Positions 35,137 through 45,475 of a stretch of DNA of 64,000 bases are shown here, piece after piece. The first letter of the stretch is position 1. Each line of letters starts with the position of its first letter. Origin of the DNA: Schmidtea nova. Taxonomy: Eukaryota. The stretch lies in the NCBI GenBank assembly GCA_044892505.1, contig CM097883.1:216380001-216444000 (forward strand), written 5' to 3'. The notes below the pieces were generated by a model. It saw only the letters and a program-made list of their open reading frames with translations, was not told where the DNA came from and made no database searches. Both the position numbers and the translations under genes were made by a program.

Positions 35137-36241
35137 AGTAGACAGAAGTGTGCACCATGAGTCATCGCAGAACAAAGGAAATGACGTCATCGATGAGTCA
35201 TCCATGACCCCCCCGATGACTCATAAATGACGTCATCGATGACTCATAAATGACGTCATCGATGACTCATAAATGACGTCATCGATGACTCATCGATGAC
35301 TCATCGATGACTCATCACATGACTCATCGATGACTCATCGATGACGTCATCGATGACTCATTTCAAATTTGAATTTTATGACGTCATCGATGACTCATTT
35401 CAAATTCAAATTTTAAATTTAAATTCCCAAGGGTCCGATAAGGTCAGACCTTCAAACAAGGGTATCATTCGAAAGGTCTTTTAAAGGTCTATCCAATGGT
35501 CATACCCTCGAGGGTGTATGGAGGATCCTTAACCTTCAAAGGGGTCAAAAACCTTCAACCTTTTACAATCCTTATAATATACATATCAAACAAAAGGTAA
35601 TTGGGAGGTAAGTAAGATGGTCATACCCTCGAAGGTGTATGGAGGATCCTTAACCTTCAAGGGGTCAAAAACCTTCAACCTTTTACAATCCTTATAATAT
35701 ACATATCAAACAAAAGGTAATTGAAGGGTGCACACAATGGTCATACCTTCCAAGGTCTATGGTGGGTGCTCAACCTTCAAAGGGTACAAAACAAGGATAT
35801 AAAGGTAAGTACGGTTTTCTTAATGACTCATCAGTATGACTCATTGGGATGACTCATTAGTATGACTCATCAATATGACTCATCAGTATCACTCATTGGT
35901 ATGACTCATCAGTATGACTCATCAGTATGACTCATCAGTATGACTCATCAGTATGACTCATCAGTATGACTCATCAGTATGACTCATCAATAAATATTAA
36001 CAAAGACAATGCAATCCATGTGCAAAGAAACAAAGACAATGCAATCCATGTGCAACGAAACAAAGACTAATGAAATATAATATTTAATAATAATAATTTT
36101 GTACAGAGATAAATTGTGTGTGTGTGTGTTTAAGACAAATCACAGTACTCATTGAACGCGCGTGAAACGCGCGTTCTTCTTCCTTGTTTTATAAGACAAA
36201 TCACAGTACTCATTGAACGCGCGTGAAACGCGCGTTCTTCT
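35137..36241 (+). repeat. Left TIR (at least 1105 bp) with internal tandem arrays
   Basis: Reverse complement of 51834-52916, differing by one extra 23-bp unit and a 7 versus 8 C run. Contains 11-13 bp TGACTCA/TGACGTCA arrays, ~120-bp direct repeats and two ~58-bp repeats. Confidence 0.95.
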
Positions 36242-36258
36242 TCTTCCCTTGTTGTTTA

Positions 36259-36295
<37 letters not shown>

Positions 36296-36299
36296 TTAT

Positions 36300-36902
36300 T
36301 TATTTATAAATATATTGTTGCGAACGTGTACAAAATTTGGATTCAAAATTATTACTACTAGGAATATTATTCATAGGAACATTATTTACAGGAATTTTAT
36401 TCTTATTAATATTCTCTAACCTTATCGATGTTGCCAATATCAAGATCATTATTAATATGAATAAACTTATGTAATGTAAAACTATCGATGTTTTTTCGCT
36501 TTCAACTGTCTGATTTTGGTATCTGACTTCATATTGTTTTTTAACAATTGTTTGATTCGTACATTTCAAACTTTCAACAATTTTCATCATTATTTTCAAC
36601 ATTATTTTTTCCATTTCTTTATTAATCAAATCATTTTTTGAAGGACATTGTAATTTTATTTTGCTAATTATTTTTTCAATATCATTATTATTAATCAAAT
36701 TATTTTTTGAAGGACATTGATCACATTGTAATTTTATTTGATTGCATTCAGTGTTTGAGTAAACACATATTTCATTATAACTCGCACAAGTACTATCTTC
36801 TCTTCTAAACGGATGGGTTGATTGGCAAGCTTCTAAAGCCTGTTCTCCATCAGTATTTTGAACACACAATAAAAATACAAACATGGTTATAAGCAGTTTC
36901 AT
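36300..36902 (-). CDS. Maverick cargo: signal peptide, Cys-rich ectodomain and TM (~200 aa)
   Basis: MKLLITMFVFLLCVQNTDG from ATG 36902; internal duplication IKLQC(DQC)PSKN(N/D)LIN; TM IVLHYISLFILIMILILATSI. Confidence 0.7.
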   Translation of the reverse strand: MKLLITMFVFLLCVQNTDGEQALEACQSTHPFRREDSTCASYNEICVYSNTECNQIKLQCDQCPSKNNLINNNDIEKIISKIKLQCPSKNDLINKEMEKIMLKIMMKIVESLKCTNQTIVKKQYEVRYQNQTVESEKTSIVLHYISLFILIMILILATSIRLENINKNKIPVNNVPMNNIPSSNNFESKFCTRSQQYIYK

Positions 36903-36967
36903 TTTAAATAAATACAAAATAAAATAAAAAACTAAATTTGTTCATAGTAAAATTTATTAAATAACAA

Positions 36968-37384
36968 TTAGGCGTATCGTGCATTATCAACTCTCCAAAT
37001 TGGAGTTGTCACTTCCTTTTTATCAACCTTGTATCCTTGAATGATTATCGTAACGAACCAGTGTTCTTGATCAATGAAATCGATTGTTTGATAAGCATTA
37101 TGGAAACGAGTCTTCCTGTTATTGATATACATCGTTTCTTTACAAATTAAATTCACATTGATTTTTGAAAATACTCTATTTAGTGCGATAATATCCTCTT
37201 TATCAATAATAATAGATAGACTATCATACAACGACTTTGTTAATTTTACGGGATAAGATAAGCGAAACGGAATTTCTTCTACCAAGAAATAGATTCGGCT
37301 ATCATAATACATCTGGACTGGTTTCACCTCAGTCGGGAATAATCTTTCTTCGCTGACATCATAACCTCGTTTTCGTGAATCCAT
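36968..37384 (-). CDS. Maverick hypothetical protein (~138 aa, probable start MDSRKRG)
   Basis: Intact ORF; the region upstream of it is conserved in element B. Confidence 0.6.
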   Translation of the reverse strand: MDSRKRGYDVSEERLFPTEVKPVQMYYDSRIYFLVEEIPFRLSYPVKLTKSLYDSLSIIIDKEDIIALNRVFSKINVNLICKETMYINNRKTRFHNAYQTIDFIDQEHWFVTIIIQGYKVDKKEVTTPIWRVDNARYA

Positions 37385-37927
37385 TTTTATAAATTGTGAC
37401 AAATTTGTAGAAATGACTTTGTATTTATAGTGAGGACTGGATGCCTTTGTCCAATCACAATCATGCATTTGTATTGCACACGTTATACATGTCTTTGTTG
37501 TAAGTGTGTGTGTGTTGTATATGTTCAAGTAATAAGCTTTTGCATATAAAAACCATAACAAAAGATGTACTGATAGTAAGGGTCTGTAAGTGGATAAAAT
37601 ATTTATTTATATCACAATAATTTATTTTACAATAATTTTTTTTATAAAAAATACTATTTTTAACCTTGGTAAATAAAAAGTTTAATAATTACTCAAAGTT
37701 AAAATAATTAATTAAATTCATAATAATAATTTAAAGTTAAATAAAAAATTATTAATAACTATTACTAAAAACTATTAAAAAACTAAAACTATTTCTTAAA
37801 AAACTGTTACTTAAAAAACTAAAAAACTAATACTAAAAACTAATAAAAACTAAAACTGAAACTAAAAACATTTATTAATATGAAAAACCTAAAAAATCAC
37901 TGTTTACAAATACACACAAATTGATAA

Positions 37928-38476
37928 TCAATGTTCTTCAGGAACTCGGTGACATTCGTCACAATCTGGAGATTCGGGAGACTCCATCGGCTCATCGGAT
38001 TCGATTGGATATGGCCCATCTAGAGTTGGGCAATCAGAATGAGCCGGACAATCTGTAGAATCCATCGATTGATCCGGAGTTGAATTTGGCCATGGCTCCT
38101 TGATATCTTCTTCCTCAATTGTTTCCAGCTGCGAATCGAATTCCTTCAATGCGTTTCTGAGAACCCAAATGTGGTATTTTCGGATCCTCTCGACACAATG
38201 ATCGCATTGATAAGCGCATAATATATGCTCAGCAATGACGGGCAAATCATTGTGGATATTGGCGATATGATCCAAAATTATTTTATTGAGATCGATGCCG
38301 GTCAGCATTTGAATCTTGTACGGCAGAATTTCTGGTGCCGTGTATGCCAAGGTAGGCATTAATTTCGGGAAGATTTCTTCGAGCTTGCCCAGGACCACGT
38401 TCATCAGTTTTCCTGAAAAAGAAATAATATTAAATTTGAAAAAAGATTAATTAAAATCTTTACCATTTTTAATCAT
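37928..38476 (-). CDS. Maverick hypothetical protein with a CxxxCxxC motif; exons 38476-38464 and 38412-37928
   Basis: A 51-nt GT-AG intron joins MIKNG in frame to KLMNVVLG; CAYQCDHC; S/P/D-rich tail. Confidence 0.6.
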
Positions 38477-38670
38477 ATTTTCTTCTAAGCACATTTTTAA
38501 TTCTAAATTATGAGAGAATGTTCTTAGTATATATACGATAGAAACACACATCATGTACGAAATGAACAACTTTCAACCAATAAGAATAAAGTATGCACAA
38601 CATGTCTTTATTCTATCGATACACACTCGACCAATCAGAATCGTGCATTTCCATTGCATGAATATTGCAG

Positions 38671-39138
38671 TCATGAGTCACATGTTAGTATGAAATCAAC
38701 AAAGGCTTTATCTTCTATAATTGATTTTATATCGTTAATAATATTATCAACTATATTAGTATAGTCTTTATTTTTTAATCCTAATATGACTACTTTACCA
38801 CTAGCAAAAATATTGACACACATTGGATTATATTTTGTATATCTTAAAGCTGGAAATAATTCTGGTTCATAAACACATGGAATCAATTTAGATAACTCAT
38901 TTAAATTACAAATAAATCCTAAATCTGCAGTCACAGTTATCGATTGTATTGTTAAATCGTGAGACTTTACTTTTTCATCACTAATAAATTCCTTGCATCC
39001 CATTATTCTATATCTGCCTGTCTTAAAGTATATTATTGGGTATTTTCCACTTCTATCTACAATTTGCTGTGGTTTCCCAGTTGGAAATATCATGTGCGAC
39101 ACATCTGTCTTACCCTTGTAATTAATGTTTCTAATCAT
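38671..39138 (-). CDS. TATA-binding-protein-like protein (155 aa)
   Basis: YEPELFPALRY...NIFASGKVVILGLK matches the TBP second-repeat signature YEPELFPGL...LIFxSGKVVxTGAK. LTIQSITVTADL and IIYFKTGRYRIMG match the inter-repeat strand and the first repeat. Confidence 0.82.
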   Translation of the reverse strand: MIRNINYKGKTDVSHMIFPTGKPQQIVDRSGKYPIIYFKTGRYRIMGCKEFISDEKVKSHDLTIQSITVTADLGFICNLNELSKLIPCVYEPELFPALRYTKYNPMCVNIFASGKVVILGLKNKDYTNIVDNIINDIKSIIEDKAFVDFILTCDS

Positions 39139-39224
39139 TATTAAAAATATTTTAAATCTAACAACAAAGAGATAATTAATATTTTAATCAATATAAACAA
39201 TAATACTAATAAATAATTACAAAC

Positions 39225-39848
39225 ATGGAATTAAGAAATGATGCAGTTTATCAAATTGTCGGTCCGAGCGGGAGCGGAAAAACTTTATTTGTTTGTAAAT
39301 TATTACAATCTAAATTATTCAAATCAAAATTTAATAAAATTTATTGGCATAGGGGTGCTGACGACGAAAGCGGAATGACTCAAGATCAGTTTTGTAAAAT
39401 AAAAATGACAATCATAAAAGGTTTCGATAAAAACTGGTCATCTAGATTAAGAGAAGGGGATGTGATTATTATTGATGACTTGTATCAAGAAGCAAATAAA
39501 GAAAAGGATTTTAATAATTTATTTACGAAAATCGCTAGACACAAAGGTGTTACAGTTATTTTTATTACTCAGAATTTATTTCATCAGGGTGGTAGTCATC
39601 GAACTCGTAATTTAAATGTTCAATATCTTGTTGTTTTTAAAAATCCTCGTGATGCAACAGTTATTGATTTTCTGGCAAGACAAGCTTATCCTTCTAATCG
39701 GAATTTCTTGATTGATGCGTTTCAGGATGCTACAAAATCTCCTCATGGATATCTTTTCTTGGATTTTACGCAACAATGCAGTGATGATTTAAGAGTTAGA
39801 ACTGATATTTTTAACAAGGAAGGAGCCATGGTTTATAAACAAAGTTAA
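39225..39848 (+). CDS. Maverick DNA-packaging ATPase (FtsK-HerA/A32 type)
   Basis: Walker A GPSGSGKT, Walker B IIIDDL, ARHKGVTVIFITQN, VVFKNPRD. Confidence 0.93.
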   Translation: MELRNDAVYQIVGPSGSGKTLFVCKLLQSKLFKSKFNKIYWHRGADDESGMTQDQFCKIKMTIIKGFDKNWSSRLREGDVIIIDDLYQEANKEKDFNNLFTKIARHKGVTVIFITQNLFHQGGSHRTRNLNVQYLVVFKNPRDATVIDFLARQAYPSNRNFLIDAFQDATKSPHGYLFLDFTQQCSDDLRVRTDIFNKEGAMVYKQS

Positions 39849-39868
39849 ATATATTTACAGTAGTAATC

Positions 39869-40405
39869 ATGTTAATGAAATCTAGAGTAAAGTTTGAACG
39901 CTTGATAAAGGCAAGAAAAACAATGAAGAAAACAAAGAAAACAAAGAAAACAAAGAAATCAGTTTCGAAACCCGTTTCTAAAACAAGTTATACTCCTTCG
40001 AAAAAACTAATTATGGATAATTTTCCCAAACAAAATCAAATTCCCCCTATTTTGAAATCTAATCCGAAACAAATACATCATCGGAGTTTTCCGTTTTTTA
40101 ATGCATTGCTAAAAGCCCCCAGTGCTAGAAGAATGGGTATTCTTCAGTCGTTTCCCAATTACGTCATTGATGATTTACTCGCTATTTTAATTAAAGTCGT
40201 ACGAGGTAAAATGAATCTAACTCCTTCTAATCGTCGGGTTTTGAACAAGCATAAAAAACCATTGTTATCACTTGTAAAAACAAAAAATAAAAAACTTATG
40301 CGTAAAATAATATATAAACAACAAGGAGGGTTTATTGCTGCATTATTACCCCTAGCTTTATCGTTATTAGGTGGTGCTGGTTTATTGGGAAAAAGAACGT
40401 CATAA
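39869..40405 (+). CDS. Basic core protein with an adenovirus pX/mu-like C-terminus
   Basis: Very K/R-rich; ends KQQGG|FIAALLPLALSLLGG, similar to adenoviral pX MRGG|xLPxLIP. Confidence 0.7.
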   Translation: MLMKSRVKFERLIKARKTMKKTKKTKKTKKSVSKPVSKTSYTPSKKLIMDNFPKQNQIPPILKSNPKQIHHRSFPFFNALLKAPSARRMGILQSFPNYVIDDLLAILIKVVRGKMNLTPSNRRVLNKHKKPLLSLVKTKNKKLMRKIIYKQQGGFIAALLPLALSLLGGAGLLGKRTS

Positions 40406-40408
40406 ACA

Positions 40409-40621
40409 ATGGGTCAATCATTACCTAATTTAAATTTAAACTTTAAATCTTCTTGTTGTAATGGAGAAGATCTGGACGAACCCGAAAGACGAAGCCGGTT
40501 TCGGTGGAGTCGAAAAGTTAAGGAAAAAAGTACAGAAGTCGAAACAACAGACACAAAGCTGGTTATCGGGGCAACTTGCATACAGTCTAAACAAACCGAT
40601 GCTGAAACGGTTTCCAACTAG
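40409..40621 (+). CDS. Possible small myristoylated protein overprinted on the integrase 5' end
   Basis: MGQSLP...SSCC; ATG 3 nt after the upstream stop; overlaps integrase in another frame. Confidence 0.4.
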   Translation: MGQSLPNLNLNFKSSCCNGEDLDEPERRSRFRWSRKVKEKSTEVETTDTKLVIGATCIQSKQTDAETVSN

Positions 40622-41505
40622 ATCATATAAAACGTATAGAATCAATGATTTGTGGCAAATGGATTTGATGGAAATGATTCCGTATTCAAAAATTAACAAG
40701 GGATACAAGTATATTTTAACATGTATTGATGTTTACAGTCGTTTTGCGCGGGCAATCGCAGTAAAATCGAAATCTGGTAATGATATGGCAATCGCGATCA
40801 AAGCAATGATCAAAAAGGATCGTCCAACAAATTTACAAACCGATTTGGGTAAATTTTAATTATAATTTATTGATTTAATATTTTTTAGGTAAGGAATTTT
40901 ACAACAGTAAAGTCAAGGAAGTTATCAAGGGAATCAATCATTATTCGGTATTCTCGCAATTCAAAGCCGCTCATGTCGAGAGATTTAATCGTACATTACG
41001 AGATCGGCTCAAAAAATATTTTGTACATCAAGGTAATAAAACATGGATTAATGTTTTACCACAAATGATCCATAGTTATAATCATTCTGCTCATCGAGGT
41101 ATAAATGGCAGGAAACCTGCAGAAGTAGTTAATACTGAAAATATCGTGAGTGATACAATAATCAAGAAACCGAAATATAAAATAGGTGATCATGTTCGAA
41201 TTAGTAAAATTAGTGCATCGCCATTCATTAAAAATTTTGATAGTAATTGGAGTGATGAGGTATTTAAAATATCGAAGGTCAACACAGTCCAGAATCCTGT
41301 CATGTATACTATTTCTGACTCTGATAACAATATAGTCAGTGGGAAATTCTATGAACAAGAATTACAAGTTATACCTCCACCTACAATATTTAGAATTCAA
41401 AAAATATTGAAAACTAAAATGGTAGGTAAGGATAAACAATACTATGTCAAATGGCATGGATATAAAGAACCATCATGGATATCGTCAAAAAACATAGTAA
41501 AATGA
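40461..41505 (+). CDS. Maverick retroviral-like integrase with C-terminal chromodomain; exons 40461-40848 and 40889-41505
   Basis: WQMDL (D1); QTDLG|KEF (D2, joined across a 40-nt GT-AG intron); HVERFNRTL (E); chromodomain YYVKWHGYKEPSWI. Confidence 0.93.
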
Positions 41506-42518
41506 ATTTTTATATGATTCTACCTAGCAATAGTTGCCCGAATATCCATCCAGATAATACCGCAAGTAAATTCATGGTCAATTTGCAAAATCCTATTTAT
41601 TTACAAGGAAATTGGGAAGTTGCTCTATTGGATTTTACATTTGTTTACCAACCTTTTCCTTATTATAGTCAATGTAAAATTTTTTACAATAAAATAAGAA
41701 CGACTGTTGCATATGCATTTTTCTCGATATATAATGATAGTGGCGAGCTTAATGTTCCAACTCACACTATTGATCCAGATATCGAAATGCGGTATAGAAG
41801 TGGCAGAATTCTTCTCACATGTAATTTTCTTCCTTATACAATTACATTTAATAATCTTGATGATGCAAAACGAATGGGAAGTAATAAACTGACATTCACA
41901 TGTAATGAAGAAGAATGTGAATTCAGAGTTTTGCAAAAAGCTGGTAGCAAAGATGAAGAAGTATTTAATTTCAGTATATCTTATAATAGAGATGAACGAC
42001 ATGTATTCACGTTCAAGAATGACTTGTATATAACGCATCTAGATGAATTACAGAAATATATTTCCGATAATTGTTCGGATATTTTTACTATTGTTGAATT
42101 AAATAAATTGTTCAAATTCAAACTAAAAGAAAATATTTCTAATGTGAGATTTGATAAATACCTTGTCCATACATTGGGATTAGATAAGGATACATTTAGC
42201 GGTAAAAATATCGTTTCTGGTGTTCGTCAACCGAAAATATCTAAGCTTCATCAGCAATTATTCATATACAGTAACATTATCGAACCGATAATTGTTGGAG
42301 ATTCTTTGGTTCCTTTACTGAAATCGGTATGGATCGAAAAATACGAGGTAGATGAAATTGTTCAAATACAAATAGAAAATCCAATGTATTTATCGCTTTC
42401 GAATTCATGTATAAACAATATAGAAATAAATATCAGGGATGATATTGGAAGATTAATAAACTTTCCAAAAGATTCAAAAACTCATTTAACTCTACATTTT
42501 CGAAAAAACGATGAGTAA
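41502..42518 (+). CDS. Maverick minor capsid (penton-like) protein
   Basis: FYMILPSNS...NTASKF...L-x-G-x-WEVAL at the N-terminus and LFIYSNIIEP...GD...LL...Y...I.INIRDD.G...F...THLTLHFRK at the C-terminus; ATGA overlap with the integrase stop. Confidence 0.88.
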   Translation: MNFYMILPSNSCPNIHPDNTASKFMVNLQNPIYLQGNWEVALLDFTFVYQPFPYYSQCKIFYNKIRTTVAYAFFSIYNDSGELNVPTHTIDPDIEMRYRSGRILLTCNFLPYTITFNNLDDAKRMGSNKLTFTCNEEECEFRVLQKAGSKDEEVFNFSISYNRDERHVFTFKNDLYITHLDELQKYISDNCSDIFTIVELNKLFKFKLKENISNVRFDKYLVHTLGLDKDTFSGKNIVSGVRQPKISKLHQQLFIYSNIIEPIIVGDSLVPLLKSVWIEKYEVDEIVQIQIENPMYLSLSNSCINNIEINIRDDIGRLINFPKDSKTHLTLHFRKNDE

Positions 42519-42891
42519 TCCCGATATAGTTTCTTTGTACAGTAATAGCCAAACTGGTGGCGAATTACCGTATTTTGTAGGTAAACAGTATGGATCAGGT
42601 TGGTTGAAAACTATTGGTAGATTTGCACTTCCAATACTTAAGCGATTAGGTAGTTTTGGATTCAATACTGCCAAGGATGTTATCATGAAAGATAATAAAA
42701 TATTACCATCATTGAAAACAAATGCTTTGGCCGCAGTTAATAAAGCTATACCTACTGTAACAAAAATGATTCCTTCAATTACAAATATGTTTACAAAAAA
42801 TGAACCTGAACCTGTACCAGTAGGACCAAGACGTAAACGAAGACGTATAAACAAACGAATGAAAGGTCATGGAACTATATTTGAAGAATGA
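42511..42891 (+). CDS. Small virion protein with protease-site-like motifs and an amphipathic helix (pVI-like)
   Basis: QTGG and QYGSG motifs, WLKTIGRFALPILKRLG helix, basic tail PRRKRRR; lies between the minor and major capsid genes. Confidence 0.7.
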   Translation: MSNPDIVSLYSNSQTGGELPYFVGKQYGSGWLKTIGRFALPILKRLGSFGFNTAKDVIMKDNKILPSLKTNALAAVNKAIPTVTKMIPSITNMFTKNEPEPVPVGPRRKRRRINKRMKGHGTIFEE

Positions 42892-44108
42892 TTTGCGGTA
42901 AATCTGAATTATGTATTTTTGATCGACCAAGCCCCCAAGCAGTTATTGAATATGGGGTGTTTGAAGATGTGTTTCCAATGAATTCTATTACAGATAGTAG
43001 AAATGATGTTGAATTTTACATTAATGGATCGGCAACCGAATATTTGGATTTGAACGATACGTTATTATCCGTTACGGTCAAAGTTGTAGATAAAGATAAA
43101 AATAAATTAGTTGATGCGAGTGATGTAGTACCTAATAATTACTTGTTTCATACACTTTTCAAAGATGTGATTCTTGGATTTAATAATATAAAAATCGAGG
43201 GTGGAAACAATACATATGCACACAAGGCAATAATCGAAACTATTTTAAATTATACTAGTGATTCAAAAGAAACTTGTCTTACTCCAATGGGATATGGTGC
43301 AAGCGACGATAGAAAAAAGTGGATCAAGGGATCGAAACTTTTTAACATGTGTTCATCATTACAACTTGATTTTATGGATCAACCTAAATACTTACTTCCC
43401 GGAGTTAATGTACATATTAGATTGAAGCGATCTGATTCTGCATTATCACTGAAATCGGCAACTGGGAAACCAATACTCCAATTAGTAGACGCTAAATTAA
43501 TGGTAAGAAGAGTTCGGTGTGAATCTTCAGTTTTGGCCGGTCATCAAATTGGTTTAAATAGCAAACATGCAATTTATCCGATAAAATCCAAAGAAATAGT
43601 TTCGTTTGCTATTGGGAAAGGTGCATCGTCATTTTACAAGGAGCAAATATTTGGAGATAGAAGAATGCCTAATTTCATTCTTGTGGCTTTTCAAACTGAA
43701 AATCAATATAACGGATCATATGCTGAATCTTCATCTTCATTCAAACACTTTAATGTAACTTCATTATCATTATCGAAAAATACCGATTATCGAGAAACTT
43801 ATACTCAAGATTTTGAAAATGATAATTTTAGTGCCACATATATGCAAAGTCTTGTCCGAAATTTAGGATATTTGGATAAAAACTTGAATTGTGGTATAAG
43901 TCTGGATGAATTTAAAGCAAAATATCCATTCTTTACATTTGTTCTGGCTCCCGATTTCGATTTGAATCAAAGTCAAATCCCACAAAACGGTAATTTAAGG
44001 CTAGATATAAAGTTTGCAAAACCCATTGATGAACCGGTTCATGTAATTATATATGGATTGTTTGAAAATGAAGTACAAATTACTGCCAATCGAACAGTAC
44101 TGGTTTGA
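42888..44108 (+). CDS. Maverick major capsid protein (double jelly-roll)
   Basis: SELCIF...Q, VEFYING...YLDLNDT.L, KYLLPGV..HIRLKRS, GNLRLDIKFAKP; 406 aa. Confidence 0.92.
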   Translation: MICGKSELCIFDRPSPQAVIEYGVFEDVFPMNSITDSRNDVEFYINGSATEYLDLNDTLLSVTVKVVDKDKNKLVDASDVVPNNYLFHTLFKDVILGFNNIKIEGGNNTYAHKAIIETILNYTSDSKETCLTPMGYGASDDRKKWIKGSKLFNMCSSLQLDFMDQPKYLLPGVNVHIRLKRSDSALSLKSATGKPILQLVDAKLMVRRVRCESSVLAGHQIGLNSKHAIYPIKSKEIVSFAIGKGASSFYKEQIFGDRRMPNFILVAFQTENQYNGSYAESSSSFKHFNVTSLSLSKNTDYRETYTQDFENDNFSATYMQSLVRNLGYLDKNLNCGISLDEFKAKYPFFTFVLAPDFDLNQSQIPQNGNLRLDIKFAKPIDEPVHVIIYGLFENEVQITANRTVLV

Positions 44109-44158
44109 GCAGAGCTCAAACAGTATAAATAACCAAAGTTATTATTATTATTATAATT

Positions 44159-44535
44159 ATGGAGTAAGTTTTTAATTGAATAATTATTTATTTTTAATTA
44201 GTTCTATTCAGGTATTACAACAAGGTAAAAAACTATTGGGAAACCAATTTCTTGGAGTTTTTCCGTTAGATAAAATTCCTTATTTGAAAATGAATCAAGC
44301 CATCATTGTAAATACTCACACTTCTACTTTGGGCGGTGAACATTGGATTGCGGTTTACGTGAAACCGGATCGAATACATGTATTTGATCCCTTTGGATAT
44401 TATTATCCAAATTTACTTGTTCGAAAATTGCAAACTATTGGTAAACCTATTGTGTATAATAGAATTCGGTATCAACATCCATTAACAATCACTTGTGGAC
44501 AACATTGCCTTGCATGGCTAAAATCTATGTTATAA
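44159..44535 (+). CDS. Adenain-like cysteine protease; exons 44159-44163 and 44202-44535
   Basis: Catalytic H (GEHWIAV), D (FDPFG) and C (TCGQHC). A 38-nt GTAAGT...TTAG intron gives the start MDSIQVL. Confidence 0.9.
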
Positions 44536-44567
44536 ACAATTTAGTTTAATAAATGTTATTGTAAAAA

Positions 44568-44969
44568 ATGACTTGTTATTTTATTGATATGTACGGTTAT
44601 AATGATATTGGAGGAACAATTATTAAGGAATTATGCATTATGAATGTAAATAGTATTTTCACACCCTTGTATTATATATACAGTGATTTATCTTTCTGGC
44701 CTGATCGTATAGAATCGTTTGAAGGACAAGATTATTTTTGCCCAAAATGTATAATGGATGATATTGAAAATAAAGGAGCTATATTCTATGTTACAGATAA
44801 TGAAAAGTTGCAAGTTTTAAAGAAATATTTCCCGAAATTGAGATTAATTAAATATAATTTTAAAGAATTTGAAGATGTTCCAGAAAATATCTCATGTCCA
44901 TATAAAGACCATAGTATGTGTGCATATAAAGGATGCTTGTCTGGTGTAATTGATTATTTAAAACAATAA
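44568..44969 (+). CDS. Maverick small protein, possibly DEDD-exonuclease-like
   Basis: N-terminal IDMYGY...IKELCI and C-terminal CPYKDHSMCA resemble a recurrent Polinton ORF; assignment by eye only. Confidence 0.5.
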   Translation: MTCYFIDMYGYNDIGGTIIKELCIMNVNSIFTPLYYIYSDLSFWPDRIESFEGQDYFCPKCIMDDIENKGAIFYVTDNEKLQVLKKYFPKLRLIKYNFKEFEDVPENISCPYKDHSMCAYKGCLSGVIDYLKQ

Positions 44970-45475
44970 ATGTATTATTCGTGTTTTATTATTATTAATA
45001 TTAATATTATTAATATTTTTATAAACTTGCAGAATTCACATCCAATTTGCAGATTAACATCCATCTAGCTATACTTTTCGATAATTATAAAGAAATTGCA
45101 TGCAGGCACGCATGCAGACACTCAATTATTTCACATATAAATCGACTTGGGTGTATTCACATCTGCATCTACACCTATAAGATATTTCATAAACACTTTA
45201 GTCACGTAGTGTCTTTGTATCGTTGCATCCGACATGCATCGTGCAATATAACAAAGACATGATTCATACTTGGTGAGTGAATTATTAACACACATACTTG
45301 GTGAGAGATTTTTAACATACATACTCAGTGTGCACACATACTTTTTCTACCCTATCTCGCTTGTGATTGGCTCGTGAATAAAGTTTGTAATAAACGTGAT
45401 ATATACTATATGTTTTCATTATTTCGTCACAATTTAAACAATCTTTTAAAAATTTCAAATTATTATTATTAAACA

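Noticed and set aside
35137-35205. N-terminus MDDSSMTSF... of the 2114-aa ORF and the tail SRQKCAP of ORF 52893-53939
   Set aside because: Both are read-through into Maverick TIR sequence, not part of Pol.
45047-45337. Short Cys-rich ORFs between the Maverick late block and the spliced gene
   Set aside because: No consistent frame or splice model found on either strand.
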